Of a DNA stretch of 64,000 bases, positions 52,231 to 64,000 are shown one piece after another. The translations under genes were made by a program, and so were the position numbers. Below the pieces are notes generated by a model. That model searched no databases, had not been told where the DNA came from, and was given only the letters and a program-made list of their open reading frames with translations. Within the stretch, counting starts at the first letter, position 1; each line of letters opens with the position of its first letter. This stretch comes from Paraphysomonas bandaiensis (taxonomy: Eukaryota; Protista; Chrysophyceae), in the NCBI GenBank assembly GCA_965644295.1, contig CBFFRP010000234.1:1-64000 (forward strand), in the 5' to 3' direction.

Positions 52231-53712
52231 ATGAGTTTTGTAGTATATCGAAAGTCTGGTCTTAATTGTGCTCGACGCGTTTGCTTCTCGACGCAGCAAT
52301 TTCAACCTGCTAAGTGGGGAGCCGCGCACGATGCACCCCAAACAAAAGACTGGCACAAAGAGGGCGACCATTTGGAGCATAATTATTCGCTTGGTGTAGA
52401 TGGTATTTCTAACAGCCAATTGGCGTTCCGTAACGCAAGACTTCCTGTAATTGTGTCACGTCTACCTGCAAAAGTCGAGGCGGGTAAATTAAATCTAAAA
52501 GATATTAAATATAACGGAAAGTACAAAGTTTTGGAGGCTGGAGACTCTATAAATCTGGATGAATTTAATGATGTGTTGGAGGCACAGCAAGAATATCTTT
52601 CCACGGATAAGGATTTATTTTTTGAGGATGTGGGTTTGGGTGCTGCCGCTCGAATCCGTGTTGGAGCGAGAATGATATCTGAACACCCAGCACACGCCCT
52701 CATATTTAGATCCCTTATGGTATATATTTTGCTTTATATTCGTGGTGATGTGATTTTATGATGCTTGATTAGATTAATATTCCCCCTCGACCTACGGATT
52801 ATCGTGCAAAGTTTAATGGGTGGAACCTTGACAGACAATACAATACAGCAGAGAAAATCTGGAATGGAACCTCGTTTGATATAATTGCCACGCAGACAGA
52901 GCCAAAGAGAGGCGAGCGCCCAGTAATAGCCTTCATTGGAGGTCAGAGCGACCAAATTGGCATTCAATTTGAGCAACAGCTTGAAGGAGGTGGTGAGTAA
53001 CTGCGACCTTTGCTAGCTGTGATTCCAAATCGTTCTGCGACCTGTAAAGCCGTGGCTCATACTGTTTTGTGTGCTCTATTTCAGGTCTGGCGGGAGCTAA
53101 TATTGTTGCTGGTGGCCAGGCGCCCATCCGTGGTATTATCGAAGCATACGCAATCGGCGCTGCTGCTATGATTAATTCGGAGAGTTCGAGTTCCCTCGCC
53201 CTCCCGTCACTCGCTGTCACTAAAAACGGCAAGACTACCCTTGTTGTTGGCGATATTGATGATGAGTTAGTACGCACCGCGTATTCTTCTGGGACATTGT
53301 ACGGTGCCTATTGCAATGTGCTTACAGAGACCGGGGTATCTGCTGTCTTCAACGGGTGCATCATGCCAGCCGATAAGGTCTCTGCCCCACAGACCTCAGC
53401 AGCAATCAGATGGAGCCCAGCGCTTCCTAGCGTCGTTTCTGAAGGGTATACTACTGCGACTTTGAATCCAGACAACTTTGTCCCTTCCCCAAGCACTGTC
53501 GTTTTCGTCGGACAGGAGAAGAGTCTTACAAAGGACCAGGCTGCAGCCAAGTAAGTACATATTTCATCTACTCGAATCCCTATGATGATTTGCTATACAG
53601 ACTGGTGGAGCTCTGTGCAGATGAAACCAAGGCGAATATTGCGACAACTATTTTGAAAACAGCGGAGGTTAAAGTTGTATCTTCATCTAAGGCTGTTGCG
53701 GCTTTGCTTTAA
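52231..53712 (+). CDS. PEP carboxykinase (ATP)-like protein lacking catalytic motifs, probable mitochondrial presequence
   Basis: Arg-rich, acid-free N-terminus; KDLFFEDVGLGAAARIRVGARMISEHPAHALIFRSLM resembles the PEPCK N-domain; GVSAVFNGC and PSTVVF; three introns. Confidence 0.6.
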
Positions 53713-54083
53713 CCATATTTTGCATATCTCTTAGACTCCACAAACTCCTCATACCAGTTTCTGTAGCCATTACGGATTTTGATTGAAAACGTTGTCTACT
53801 GCTATAGCAAATACATAATAAGAAATAATCAGTTACTTGAGTTGTGTTGTACGAGATGTGCCAAATTGATGACAAGAGAACACAGCAAACATCATTTCTA
53901 CACATTTGATGTCTATTTCTAATTGCCCGGGAATTTCGTAAGTGTGGTATTGTTGATACTACGCCAGCAAATAAGTACCCCAAAATTTGACTTGCAGACT
54001 GCTCGATCAATCTAAATAATAATTCAAAATTTAGTTTCATCATGTACATTATATTATTATACACATATACACATTGTAGGAAG

Positions 54084-54858
54084 CAGGGATAGGGAACAAT
54101 ATATTGCAATACTATTGTTAGATAGCGTTCCATCAATAGTATTGATGGATTTTTTAAACCGGTCCTACAATACAATTACAATATATTGCAATATATTGTC
54201 AATGTATTGCGATATATTAGTTTGACTAATCAGTAGGTAAACACATCCGTAGATTTCATTTTTAGTATTAGTCATTAAGATCACATGACAACCAAACCAA
54301 CTGCTGCTTATAGCTACTAAAATTTCACCTCGTCCTCATCCTCTGAGCCATCATCGGTGAAGTCAACATCACCATATTCATCCACAGAATTAACTGAAAT
54401 ATGCTAGTATCCGGCCATAACTGTCGAAGAGCTTTCTAAAACAACAGCATATTAAGTAGGATGGATACTTTTGCGCAACACTGATATAATATGTTTAGCT
54501 GTGCTGAACAGACGTTCCCATGTATTGGAAGCACATACCAAGGCCAGGCAACCGTTAATGACTCTTGGATCTGTACGTTTCTTAATTTTTTGAGCTGACT
54601 GAAGATTTTTAGTCGTATAGTCAACATCAGCTTCATTATCCTTTGTAATGTTGTAATCAATTTCTCGGTTATTTATATCCATTTTGCACCCTACAGTTGA
54701 GAATATTGATTGCAATATATTGCAATAGTATTGTGAGCTCTTTTAGCAGAAACACTATTGATGGAATATTTGACCAGTCCACCAATCAATATATTCTACA
54801 ATATATTGCAATACATTGTACAATGTATTGCAATACAATATATTGTTCCCTATCCCTG
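54084..54858 (-). mobile_element. Non-autonomous hAT transposon (775 bp), copy 2, inverted relative to copy 1
   Basis: Same TIRs as copy 1; 8-bp TSD GTAGGAAG (54076-54083 / 54859-54866); differs by a 24-bp indel and scattered substitutions. Confidence 0.92.
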
Positions 54859-55509
54859 GTAGGAAGTAGTTAATATTTAGAACTTGTAATATTCAAATGG
54901 AGAAAATATCGCTTGCAATATATTACTATGATTATTACTCAAAAATCTGCAAATGATTACCCTAAAACAGTGAAAATGTGCCGATACACATCAATTTAAT
55001 GGACAATCGAAATAAAACTGTTTTAAAACAATGGTGCGCTCCTCTGCAGCAGCATTCATAAATTACTATAAAGGAAATATGAGTAATTACAGAGTGACCG
55101 TTGAATCAACTGCGGTATACATTCGATAACAATGAAGTGAAGTACTAATAATTGTGATATTCAGTGAGCACGTATGTCAGTATCTTAGCAATGAAATGAA
55201 TCTAATCTGACCTCAGATCATACTGAGAGCTCAAGTAGCCAATTGCAGCATCGCAGCAGCTCAAACAGATTCTTTTGTGAACTACAGTGCTGTACTACTC
55301 TGTATACCACCGTCGTGATTGAAATATGTGTAGCTACGAAGATATGTGACGATCCACCACCACATGGGATCATTCCATGATGTCATTGCTAATTACAATA
55401 TCCTCACCTCGTCATTAGTGTATGTGCTATTTGTTGTCATATCCTTTGTAGCAGGCATGGAGTATCAACTCGTCTATCACGAATCGATAAGCTTTCGAGC
55501 AGCACCTAT

Positions 55510-55815
55510 TCAAATGCTACGTATGGACGCTGAGGCGCCGTTCACTACACAATGTATTATTATGCTGACTACTCTAGGTGGTGGCTCCACCGCTACTTCA
55601 CTTTGCTCTTTACTCATAAGGAATGTTTCGAAGTCCTCAATCCATTGTTCAACGTTATTCTCGTTGAACTGAGGAACTACTCCTCTATCCTCCTTCTCTC
55701 CTCCTCGCTCGCTACCATATTGAGAAATGCTCATTTTAAGCTAGATCACAGAGAGAATTTGTCGTAAGACTAGATAGATTTATTAATATCGTTTACACGA
55801 AGTTGTGATAACCAA
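55510..55815 (-). mobile_element. Probable Copia-type LTR retrotransposon 5' fragment (gag N-terminus)
   Basis: VPQFNENNVEQWIEDFETFLMSK resembles the Copia gag P.F...N...W motif; upstream GGTTATCA resembles a half-tRNA PBS. No LTR pair or pol visible. Confidence 0.4.
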
Positions 55816-56157
55816 CACTAACTCATTATAATCCCTGCATAATATCCTACATATGCGAACCTCTCGTTACTGAACATATCTTGAACGATCAAACTATTTC
55901 AGTTTCTCAATATCATCACAGCATTTGTACATCACTATATTTCACTGTATTCTCGTACATTGTCTTGAAGTGACATACTGAATATACTAGAATAAGATCC
56001 ATATTCTAATACAATATACAAGTAGATAAGTAGAGCATTCAGAGATAAACATGATTATAACGAACACAAGCAGATGTCATTTACTCAAACGCTATTAATC
56101 GATTATGCATCCAAAAAGAGTTATGTTATTTCTGAATATAACTACAAATCATTATGA

Positions 56158-57310
<1,153 letters not shown>

Positions 57311-57861
57311 GATACACTGCACTACACTTCTGCTACTTTGTAATAAAAGCTTCTATTAAAAGTACAGCCCTGGTCAATAAAAATATTTCAGTTTAGGAAT
57401 ATATTTCGAGTTAAGGTAATCCATAATCTGATCGCACTGGCACTCCACTCTGTATCTCTCTGCTCGATCCATCTGCCTCCAATCACATGTAGGAAGTATG
57501 AACCACTGGTCACTCATGGACATGACTGAAAAAAACAACCAACTCACTGGTTCAGAGCCCAAACCTGTGTCCTCATCATCACCAGATACTATATCCCCTA
57601 TATGGGACCAATAGCAATGAAACGGTACCTGTGTGTGTATGTGTGTGTACGGCAGCTCAGTGAGATAACTGTCTGTATCCATGCCATCCTGTTGCTGCTT
57701 CGTCATCATGATAGCATGATCAGTTCAAGGCAGGAACTAGTGGAGACTAGTCTATAATTTAATCTAATGGGATGCATTGGGCACAAATATTCTTTAATTG
57801 GAACTGTTTAGTGATATAGAGATATCTCCTTCTGTGCACTGTTAACAAGCGATAGTGTAAC

Positions 57862-58758
57862 ATGATCGATAACGTTAAATACATTCGAAATGAGAAGATT
57901 CATTTCAAGCAGCCGTCGTTTGGGGCAACTTCAAATGGATCAGATAGTGGAAAAGGTAATATATTATTTGACTTTGGTGTAAGTGTGATACACCCGCAGG
58001 GTCATTAGCAATTGGCGAGAGTGAGAAGCGTCATTTCGAGCCTCAGCGCTCGTCGTCACGAGAATTTCACCCGTCATGCAGAATGGTAGAACATATGGAA
58101 AGATGTCCTGATGAGGTTGTTATTCCCAAGAGACGTCCACAGCTACATACACTGAAATTCACTGCGGCGGATAGGTATCGCGACAGGAGGCATGTAAGAG
58201 AGAGCGATCTTCCGTGTGTGAAAAACCCAAAAGAGAAAGAGCTTAACTGGACCCGCAAGAAAACTGTACGAGATGGTAATAATACTATTGTATCAGCGAA
58301 ATCTTCTGGAGAATATCAAATAGAAACAACGATCAACCGGAAGCAGCGCATACCTTCTATTACTCGAATGCGAAATGGAATTCCGATTGCAAACCCTGGT
58401 GATAAGAGCTATAGAGATGCGGAAAAGTCTATCGGGTTTTATAAAGAGGGAGGCTTAATTGCTGGGAGCAGCATTAACCCTCGACCTGCCAAGGTGCTCA
58501 AAGGTTCTGCTGAAACGATGCATGCGGGAAAGTCACTCAAGAGTCTAACTGCGTTTGAGAGGAGGGAAAACAATATATCGGATAGTGACCGTGCACAAGT
58601 AGAAATGTTAACGGTGAGTGCTGTTCTAGAATTATGCTACCCTTATATGTGACACTCCACTGCAGAACTCACAATATAAAAGAGGACAGGAGGTACCTTG
58701 TTGGGAGGAGAAAACAGGAATGTGGTTGTGCAATCCTGCAGAGGAAGAAGACGATTAA
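57862..58758 (+). CDS. Basic protein with SPATS1/SASRP1-like motif
   Basis: Exons 57862-57955, 58000-58613 and about 58666-58758 join in frame; RNGIPIANPGDKSYRDAEKSIGFYKEG resembles the SPATS1 motif as recalled from memory. Confidence 0.5.
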
Positions 58759-59039
58759 TCGATGACGTGTATTCGGACTATTTCAATTGGATGTAACTAT
58801 GTGTAAAGTTGTCGTCATGGGCTTATTAGAATTTGGGAAACTTCATTACCGAGTGTTGTGGTCGTATCAGTAATAGATATTTGACTACATAGCACGATTC
58901 TATCGAACTATATCATTAAGTAATAAATATTATATTCGTGTCATCTTATGTATACGTGTTTCGATTATAAGTACCCATAAATTTGAGTTTTGAATATATC
59001 AACAGCAGTTTCTTTGTTTACGTGCACAGACAACACACA

Positions 59040-59818
59040 CCGTATGATTTACGGGTTCCACTGCGCGACAGACACACACCTCATGCTACTGTGTTCTGCT
59101 GCAGCTATACAACCCACTTCAATTATGCTTGTTATAAGAATACATCAACTTTGTGCCACGAAAACATCCTTTGGTCTTCTTCTTCATTGGTCTAAAAACA
59201 GGGGGATTCATGCACTCCTGTCTCCTGGAAGCCAATGCAGTCATCGAAGTCATTCAGTGGGGAAGTGATGGAACATAAGCATATGAAGCTCTAGAGATGT
59301 CCTGCAGATTTAGAGTTTATCCACAGCTTCATTGACCTTACCCATAACACTCACATGGGACCTATTGTCCCATTCTGAGCGCGTACTTAGGTTGATCCGG
59401 GTGGGGGTCGGGTGGGTACCTAACTAATACTTGATCAAGTCCCATACGTTATTTGCTAGCTACCTACTGAACCCAACTAGCTACATTATTATCACACGGT
59501 ATTCAGCGCTGAATATGCAGTGAGAACCCGAGTGGGGAACCGCTGAGGCACCTATCACTATATACTTATAAGCTTTATAGATATGCTGGATAGACATACA
59601 CACATACACATACATATCAATTAATTGTTATGTTAGAATATATTTTTGGTGCTTTGCCAGCCATTAATATGTTGTGTGGTGTGAGCTGGTATCTTAGACA
59701 GTGAAACTGCGTAATCAAAAAATTGATTAGTTTGAGGATTGAGTCACTTTAGCTAGGTATTTACACCCAAAGTAGTGTGACTAGGCAATTCTACCAACTT
59801 AACTAGGTTGAATAATAC
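59040..59818. mobile_element. Degenerate TIR DNA element, family B, copy 2 (left end not evident)
   Basis: Shares GTTCTGCTGCAGCT, GGTCTAAAAACAGGGGG, CAGCTTCATTGACC, GGTATCTTAGACAGT and the terminal ACTAGGTTGA(A)TAATA with 4160-4933. Confidence 0.7.
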
Positions 59819-60293
59819 TTCATAAAAGGTAATATTTACTCAAGTTCACATTAGTGTCAAGTGTCAACATTCGGAGATGCGAGATGAGGATACCAGATCA
59901 CATTTTCTGGGTACTGTTCAGCTGCACCCATTGGACCACCAAAAGGCAGCAAACAATCTGCATTACATATATTGCTTAAACTATTCCACATAAAATGAGT
60001 GTAAATTTATGTTGAGTGGTGAGTAACGCGTAAGTACTATATTCAGTGTTGTGTGTCTCGCAGTCGGTATCAAGCCACAGTATTCTCTAGAGCACTCCAA
60101 AGTATCTAAAAGAAATAAAGTAATTATATAAACCACAAGGCAATAATTGCTTCAAAGACTGGCGAATTTTTGTATGAAGAATTAATTGCCTTCTACTAAC
60201 TACTTCGAAGTACATATTTCTCAAAACTTTCACATGACAACATTGAAAACAGTCATGACGTACTAGTGTTTTACAATACTGCAATTAATCAGC

Positions 60294-63200
60294 TTAAAGA
60301 TCCGTCTGGTAAGAGATGTCATCCCAAGGGTGCCTGTAGAGTCCCTGCTTCAATCGTTTCTGGTCAATAAAGTGTCCAATGAAACCAATTGTGCGACCAG
60401 TAACGAATAGTCCGTTCAAACAACCATTGGCAAGCAGGTCGTCAGCTTCAGTTTTATCGAAGGCCCCACAGTCTCTGAGTAGGTCAACGAAGCAAGCAGC
60501 GATACACCCGTCCACATTCAAAATCAAGGTTGCCTTCTTTTTCGTGGTAATAGCCTCTACCTCCAAAGCGAAGTCCAACACAGGGGTGCGTGGGAAGTTT
60601 TTCTTTGCGAATTCCTTAACTAGCTGGACGCGCATATCGGGGTTCTGAAGAGTGCGAATTTTATGCCCGATTCCCATGATGAGCTTATTGTTCTTTCGCA
60701 TGGTTTTCACGAAAGTTTCGGCGTCCATACCTGTGTCCACCGCATGGCTGAACATCGCAGCTGCTTCATCAAGAGCGCCTCCAAAGCGAGGACCGATCGT
60801 GAGAAGACCAGATGCGAGGGATGAAACTAGGTCCTTGCCAGCACGGGCAGCAACAATGGTGTTATGAGCACCAGAAACAGCGGGCCCGTGGTCAGCTGAC
60901 ACCATTAACACCATCTCGATGAACTTGGTAGCGTATTCCGGCAGGCGCCTACGGAACCAAAGGAGGGAAAGCACTCCCCCAACGCCAATCTCCTCGTTGA
61001 TCGCCTCGGATATCGGCATGCCAGCATAACTCAACTCATCGCCTCTGTCGTCTGAAATAGAAGAGATGAAGTTAGCGGGCTTGCGGATAAGCCCAAGGCG
61101 TTTCGCCCAATTGAAATCCATAGGGATTTTAGGCACAGGGGGTTCAGGTTTAGGCACGATTACCCCTTTGGATACAAGATCCGAGTACACACGGTAGATA
61201 GTATCACCGATAGAATCAAAACTCTCTGGAACAATAGCTCCTGCTCCACCAAGAGCAGCATTCTTGGCAGCAGCAGTTTCGAGATTGCCTCTAGCCATGG
61301 CACCAGCGTGACCAAACTGTACTTCATACGGAAAGATCGACGCACAAGTTCCCATCACCCATGCTACCAGAGGTTTAGTGATTCGACCAGATTTAATCGC
61401 TTCGCACACAGCATATTCATCAATTCCTCCCACTTCGCCGAGAAGAACCATCATCTTAACTTCAGGGTTGTCATTGTAACGCAGGATGTGGTCCAAGAAA
61501 AGAGATCCTGGGTAACGGTCGCCACCGATGGCAACTCCCTCGTAGACACCATTAGAATTGCGAGAAATAATATTATTCAGCTCATTCGACATGCCACCTG
61601 ACTTCGAAACATATGCCACACTTCCGGGGCGGTACAACTTGGACATAATAATGTTATCAAGCATCCCACCTGTGTTTCCTATCCTAAAGCAGCCCGGTTT
61701 TATGCCACCCACAGTGGCAGGACCAATAATCCCAACATTCAGAGCATTCGCCCTCTGAATAATTTGACGGGTCTGGGACTCTGGAACGCCTTCAGCAATG
61801 ATTGCAATAGTCTTAATCTGGCTAGAGTAATTAAGCGCATCAGTAACTGTCTCATACACGGAACGGAAAGATGCAAAGTTGATCATAATACTTGTATCCG
61901 GATGCTTTGCCACAGCCTCGCCGATTGATGTATACACTGGAATCAGGGTTTCCTCCGTGCCCCAATAGAGCTTAGTGTAGTGGTTTCCACTAAATGGGAA
62001 TACCATACAGGCAACAGATGGTTTAGAGCGTTTGCACATAAAGTCGAAGTCAAGCATACCCTGCACAGCAGTGGTCTGTAGACCGTACACGATGGCTCTG
62101 CTATCAGGAGTGAGATCAGACACCGCGTGAGTGTGACCCTCCGCACCGTAGTCCGTCTCTGTTGGAAGCTTCCCATCTTCCACGGGCACAGCTTCTGAAG
62201 CAGTGGTTGCTCCTGTGTTCTGACGTGTAGCGGCCATCATTTCTCTGTTCTCAGTGGCCACATCGAACTCCGGGTAGTCTGCAGGGTCGCGAAGACCCAA
62301 CGCAAGAGGAACAACTGCTGTCATGTGTGTCTCAGGGCCATACAAGTGAATATGCAAACCAAGCTCTTCACTGGTTGCACGCATATTTTTCAACCCTTCC
62401 TGGTAATTAGGACCAGCACGGCGAACCCAGATGGAAATATTGTTCTTTATGATCTCGTCGCGGTACTCACGTAGGGCTTTCTGGATACCACGGAATGTAG
62501 CAGCTACATCAGTGAAGTTCGCAATACCTCCTCCAATAATAAGAATTTTTCCGAGCGGGTTCTTGTGACGGCACATAAGTTTGAAAATTGTACGAGCATA
62601 GTTATAAGTCTCCATAAGAGATGGGGCACCGGAGTACTCCCCATAATTGGCGAGTTCGTGGCCGAATCCGAGATCTGAGATAGTATCCGCATACACGACT
62701 GAGGCACCACCTCCTGCAACCATTGTCCAAACTCTACCGTACTGATTAAGAATCGTCAACTTAAGAGAACTACCAGAAGTTTGGTCTAGACTTTTGATGT
62801 AAGACTCTTCCGGAAACTCTGCGCGACCAAACGGAGCTGGGAAATCAATAGAACCCCATTGCGTAGAGTTGATGAAGTGTGCAGTTTCGTCCAACTTCGC
62901 AGCCATATCAAGAGGTGTGATGCGCCCGTCATCAGTCATCACAAGGGGATTAATTTCAAGGTAAACGAAATTGAGTCCACGGAAAAGTTTGAAGAGAGCG
63001 ACAATAAATCCGGCAAGATACTGTTGCCGGGAGGCGGGAACATGCTTTAAGAGGATGGCAATGACAGCATCACGGGTAACTTTCTCATCAATGCCAATCT
63101 GCAAACGCTCAGCCTTAGCATCGACGTCACCAACATCAACACCGCCTTCATGGTAGAAAAGAATTTCGTCGTTGTTGCGGAAATTCTGGATACAGACGTA

Positions 63201-63587
63201 GTATTCATCCGACTGAGCATGTGGTACGAAGGGCTCAACAATGAAGTGATCGAGAATGCCAGAAACAGTCTCAACTTGACACTCCTTGTTCATTCTATCC
63301 TTGATCCATTCAACAACTTCCGGCCATGTTTTATTGATAGCAAGTAATCCAGCCTTTCCTCGTCGCTTGATCAACTGGTCAGGCTTCACGACAAGATTCG
63401 TCTCCAACAGCCAGGGGTTCTCAGACACAAGCGCACTGAATGACTCTGGGTCCTCTGGGCGAAGAGAATTAGTGGTGACTAGAAGCGCACGATCTTCGAG
63501 GTTGTATACATCGCCATCGGAATAGCTTTTAATCCAGCGTGAAGCCAGTTTCTTCCCGTGATACTCTCTGATCGCTTTAGCAGACAT
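60294..63587 (-). CDS. ACLY: ATP-citrate lyase, single-chain fused form, intronless
   Basis: MSAKAIREY, VVKPDQLIKRRGK, MVAGGGASVVY, NYGEYSGAP, GGGIANFT, QFGHAGA (phospho-His), ADHGPAVSGAHNT, LYRHPWDDI. Confidence 0.98.
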   Translation of the reverse strand: MSAKAIREYHGKKLASRWIKSYSDGDVYNLEDRALLVTTNSLRPEDPESFSALVSENPWLLETNLVVKPDQLIKRRGKAGLLAINKTWPEVVEWIKDRMNKECQVETVSGILDHFIVEPFVPHAQSDEYYVCIQNFRNNDEILFYHEGGVDVGDVDAKAERLQIGIDEKVTRDAVIAILLKHVPASRQQYLAGFIVALFKLFRGLNFVYLEINPLVMTDDGRITPLDMAAKLDETAHFINSTQWGSIDFPAPFGRAEFPEESYIKSLDQTSGSSLKLTILNQYGRVWTMVAGGGASVVYADTISDLGFGHELANYGEYSGAPSLMETYNYARTIFKLMCRHKNPLGKILIIGGGIANFTDVAATFRGIQKALREYRDEIIKNNISIWVRRAGPNYQEGLKNMRATSEELGLHIHLYGPETHMTAVVPLALGLRDPADYPEFDVATENREMMAATRQNTGATTASEAVPVEDGKLPTETDYGAEGHTHAVSDLTPDSRAIVYGLQTTAVQGMLDFDFMCKRSKPSVACMVFPFSGNHYTKLYWGTEETLIPVYTSIGEAVAKHPDTSIMINFASFRSVYETVTDALNYSSQIKTIAIIAEGVPESQTRQIIQRANALNVGIIGPATVGGIKPGCFRIGNTGGMLDNIIMSKLYRPGSVAYVSKSGGMSNELNNIISRNSNGVYEGVAIGGDRYPGSLFLDHILRYNDNPEVKMMVLLGEVGGIDEYAVCEAIKSGRITKPLVAWVMGTCASIFPYEVQFGHAGAMARGNLETAAAKNAALGGAGAIVPESFDSIGDTIYRVYSDLVSKGVIVPKPEPPVPKIPMDFNWAKRLGLIRKPANFISSISDDRGDELSYAGMPISEAINEEIGVGGVLSLLWFRRRLPEYATKFIEMVLMVSADHGPAVSGAHNTIVAARAGKDLVSSLASGLLTIGPRFGGALDEAAAMFSHAVDTGMDAETFVKTMRKNNKLIMGIGHKIRTLQNPDMRVQLVKEFAKKNFPRTPVLDFALEVEAITTKKKATLILNVDGCIAACFVDLLRDCGAFDKTEADDLLANGCLNGLFVTGRTIGFIGHFIDQKRLKQGLYRHPWDDISYQTDL

Positions 63588-64000
63588 ATTTCAGGAAAAT
63601 TATGGCTTACGTCAACAATTTCCTAATTGTGCTTCCTACGTTGGAATTGTAATATTATGTCAATCTTTCGAGATCAACGTTGGATCGTTCGATATGATGA
63701 TCCGATCTATGAATTGCTCGGTGTCATACATTGCCGCCAACTGAATGGCCCGGGATGAGGGTGGTGATGATGTCTGCACTATACACTGGCGACGTTGTAC
63801 TTCCCTACACCACATACTTCGACGGTCGATTAGAACTAATAGATCAGCTCCACAGGGATGTGATTGGATGGAGTATCCACTTGAGACTGTATTCCAACAC
63901 TGTATTTTCCATTATTAGAATTTCTACGTATTTTTGAGTATTGTTTCATCAACCGCAACATCGTAGTGTGTATATTGGGCGATAATACATATGTACATAC

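Noticed and set aside
53227-53241. GKTTL in the PEPCK-like gene as a P-loop
   Set aside because: It lacks the preceding GxxxxG spacing and appears to align to the strand before the true P-loop position.
57374-57709. 111-aa minus-strand ORF upstream of DIM1
   Set aside because: No recognisable motif; it lies within a 551-bp divergent spacer. Cannot be supported as a gene.
57735-57768. Possible Helitron 3' end (ACTAGT-ggag-ACTAGT...CTAA)
   Set aside because: The stem is only 6 bp and AT-rich, with no 5' end or second copy.
63731-63937. 68-aa + strand ORF upstream of ACLY
   Set aside because: Non-ATG start in the ORF track, no motif, and at the window edge; insufficient evidence.

Overview
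Eukaryotic nuclear DNA, gene-dense, with short (mostly 45-65 nt) GT-AG introns and a standard genetic code. The gene content and intron style suggest a protist, most likely a stramenopile, but that is an inference. About 20 protein-coding genes are supported: the 3' end of an MFS transporter, a NIDO/PSI Cys-rich surface protein, a signal-peptide HAD-type dehalogenase, glycosylasparaginase, an SLC35F6-like transporter, a coiled-coil protein, cyclophilin H, an inositol 5-phosphatase, a GT34-like glycosyltransferase, a four-domain EEEE Ca2+ channel, ORMDL, a Kelch-coiled coil-kinase-HECT fusion, CDC123, LSM14, Borealin, an NT-C2 coiled-coil protein, a degenerate PEPCK-like protein, DIM1, a SPATS1-like protein and ATP-citrate lyase. 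Genes alternate strand almost perfectly, forming 8 head-to-head pairs. Transposon relics sit in the tail-to-tail gaps: two young hAT derivatives with 8-bp TSDs, older TIR families and a Copia gag fragment. Long (CATA)n tracts sit just upstream of two start codons. The most notable items are the Kelch-kinase-HECT protein, a DEP-like domain inside the Ca2+ channel II-III linker, a bidirectional promoter made almost entirely of microsatellite, an intron that splits the DIM1 start codon, and a PEPCK-like pseudoenzyme. All domain calls are from motif recognition by eye; no searches were run.
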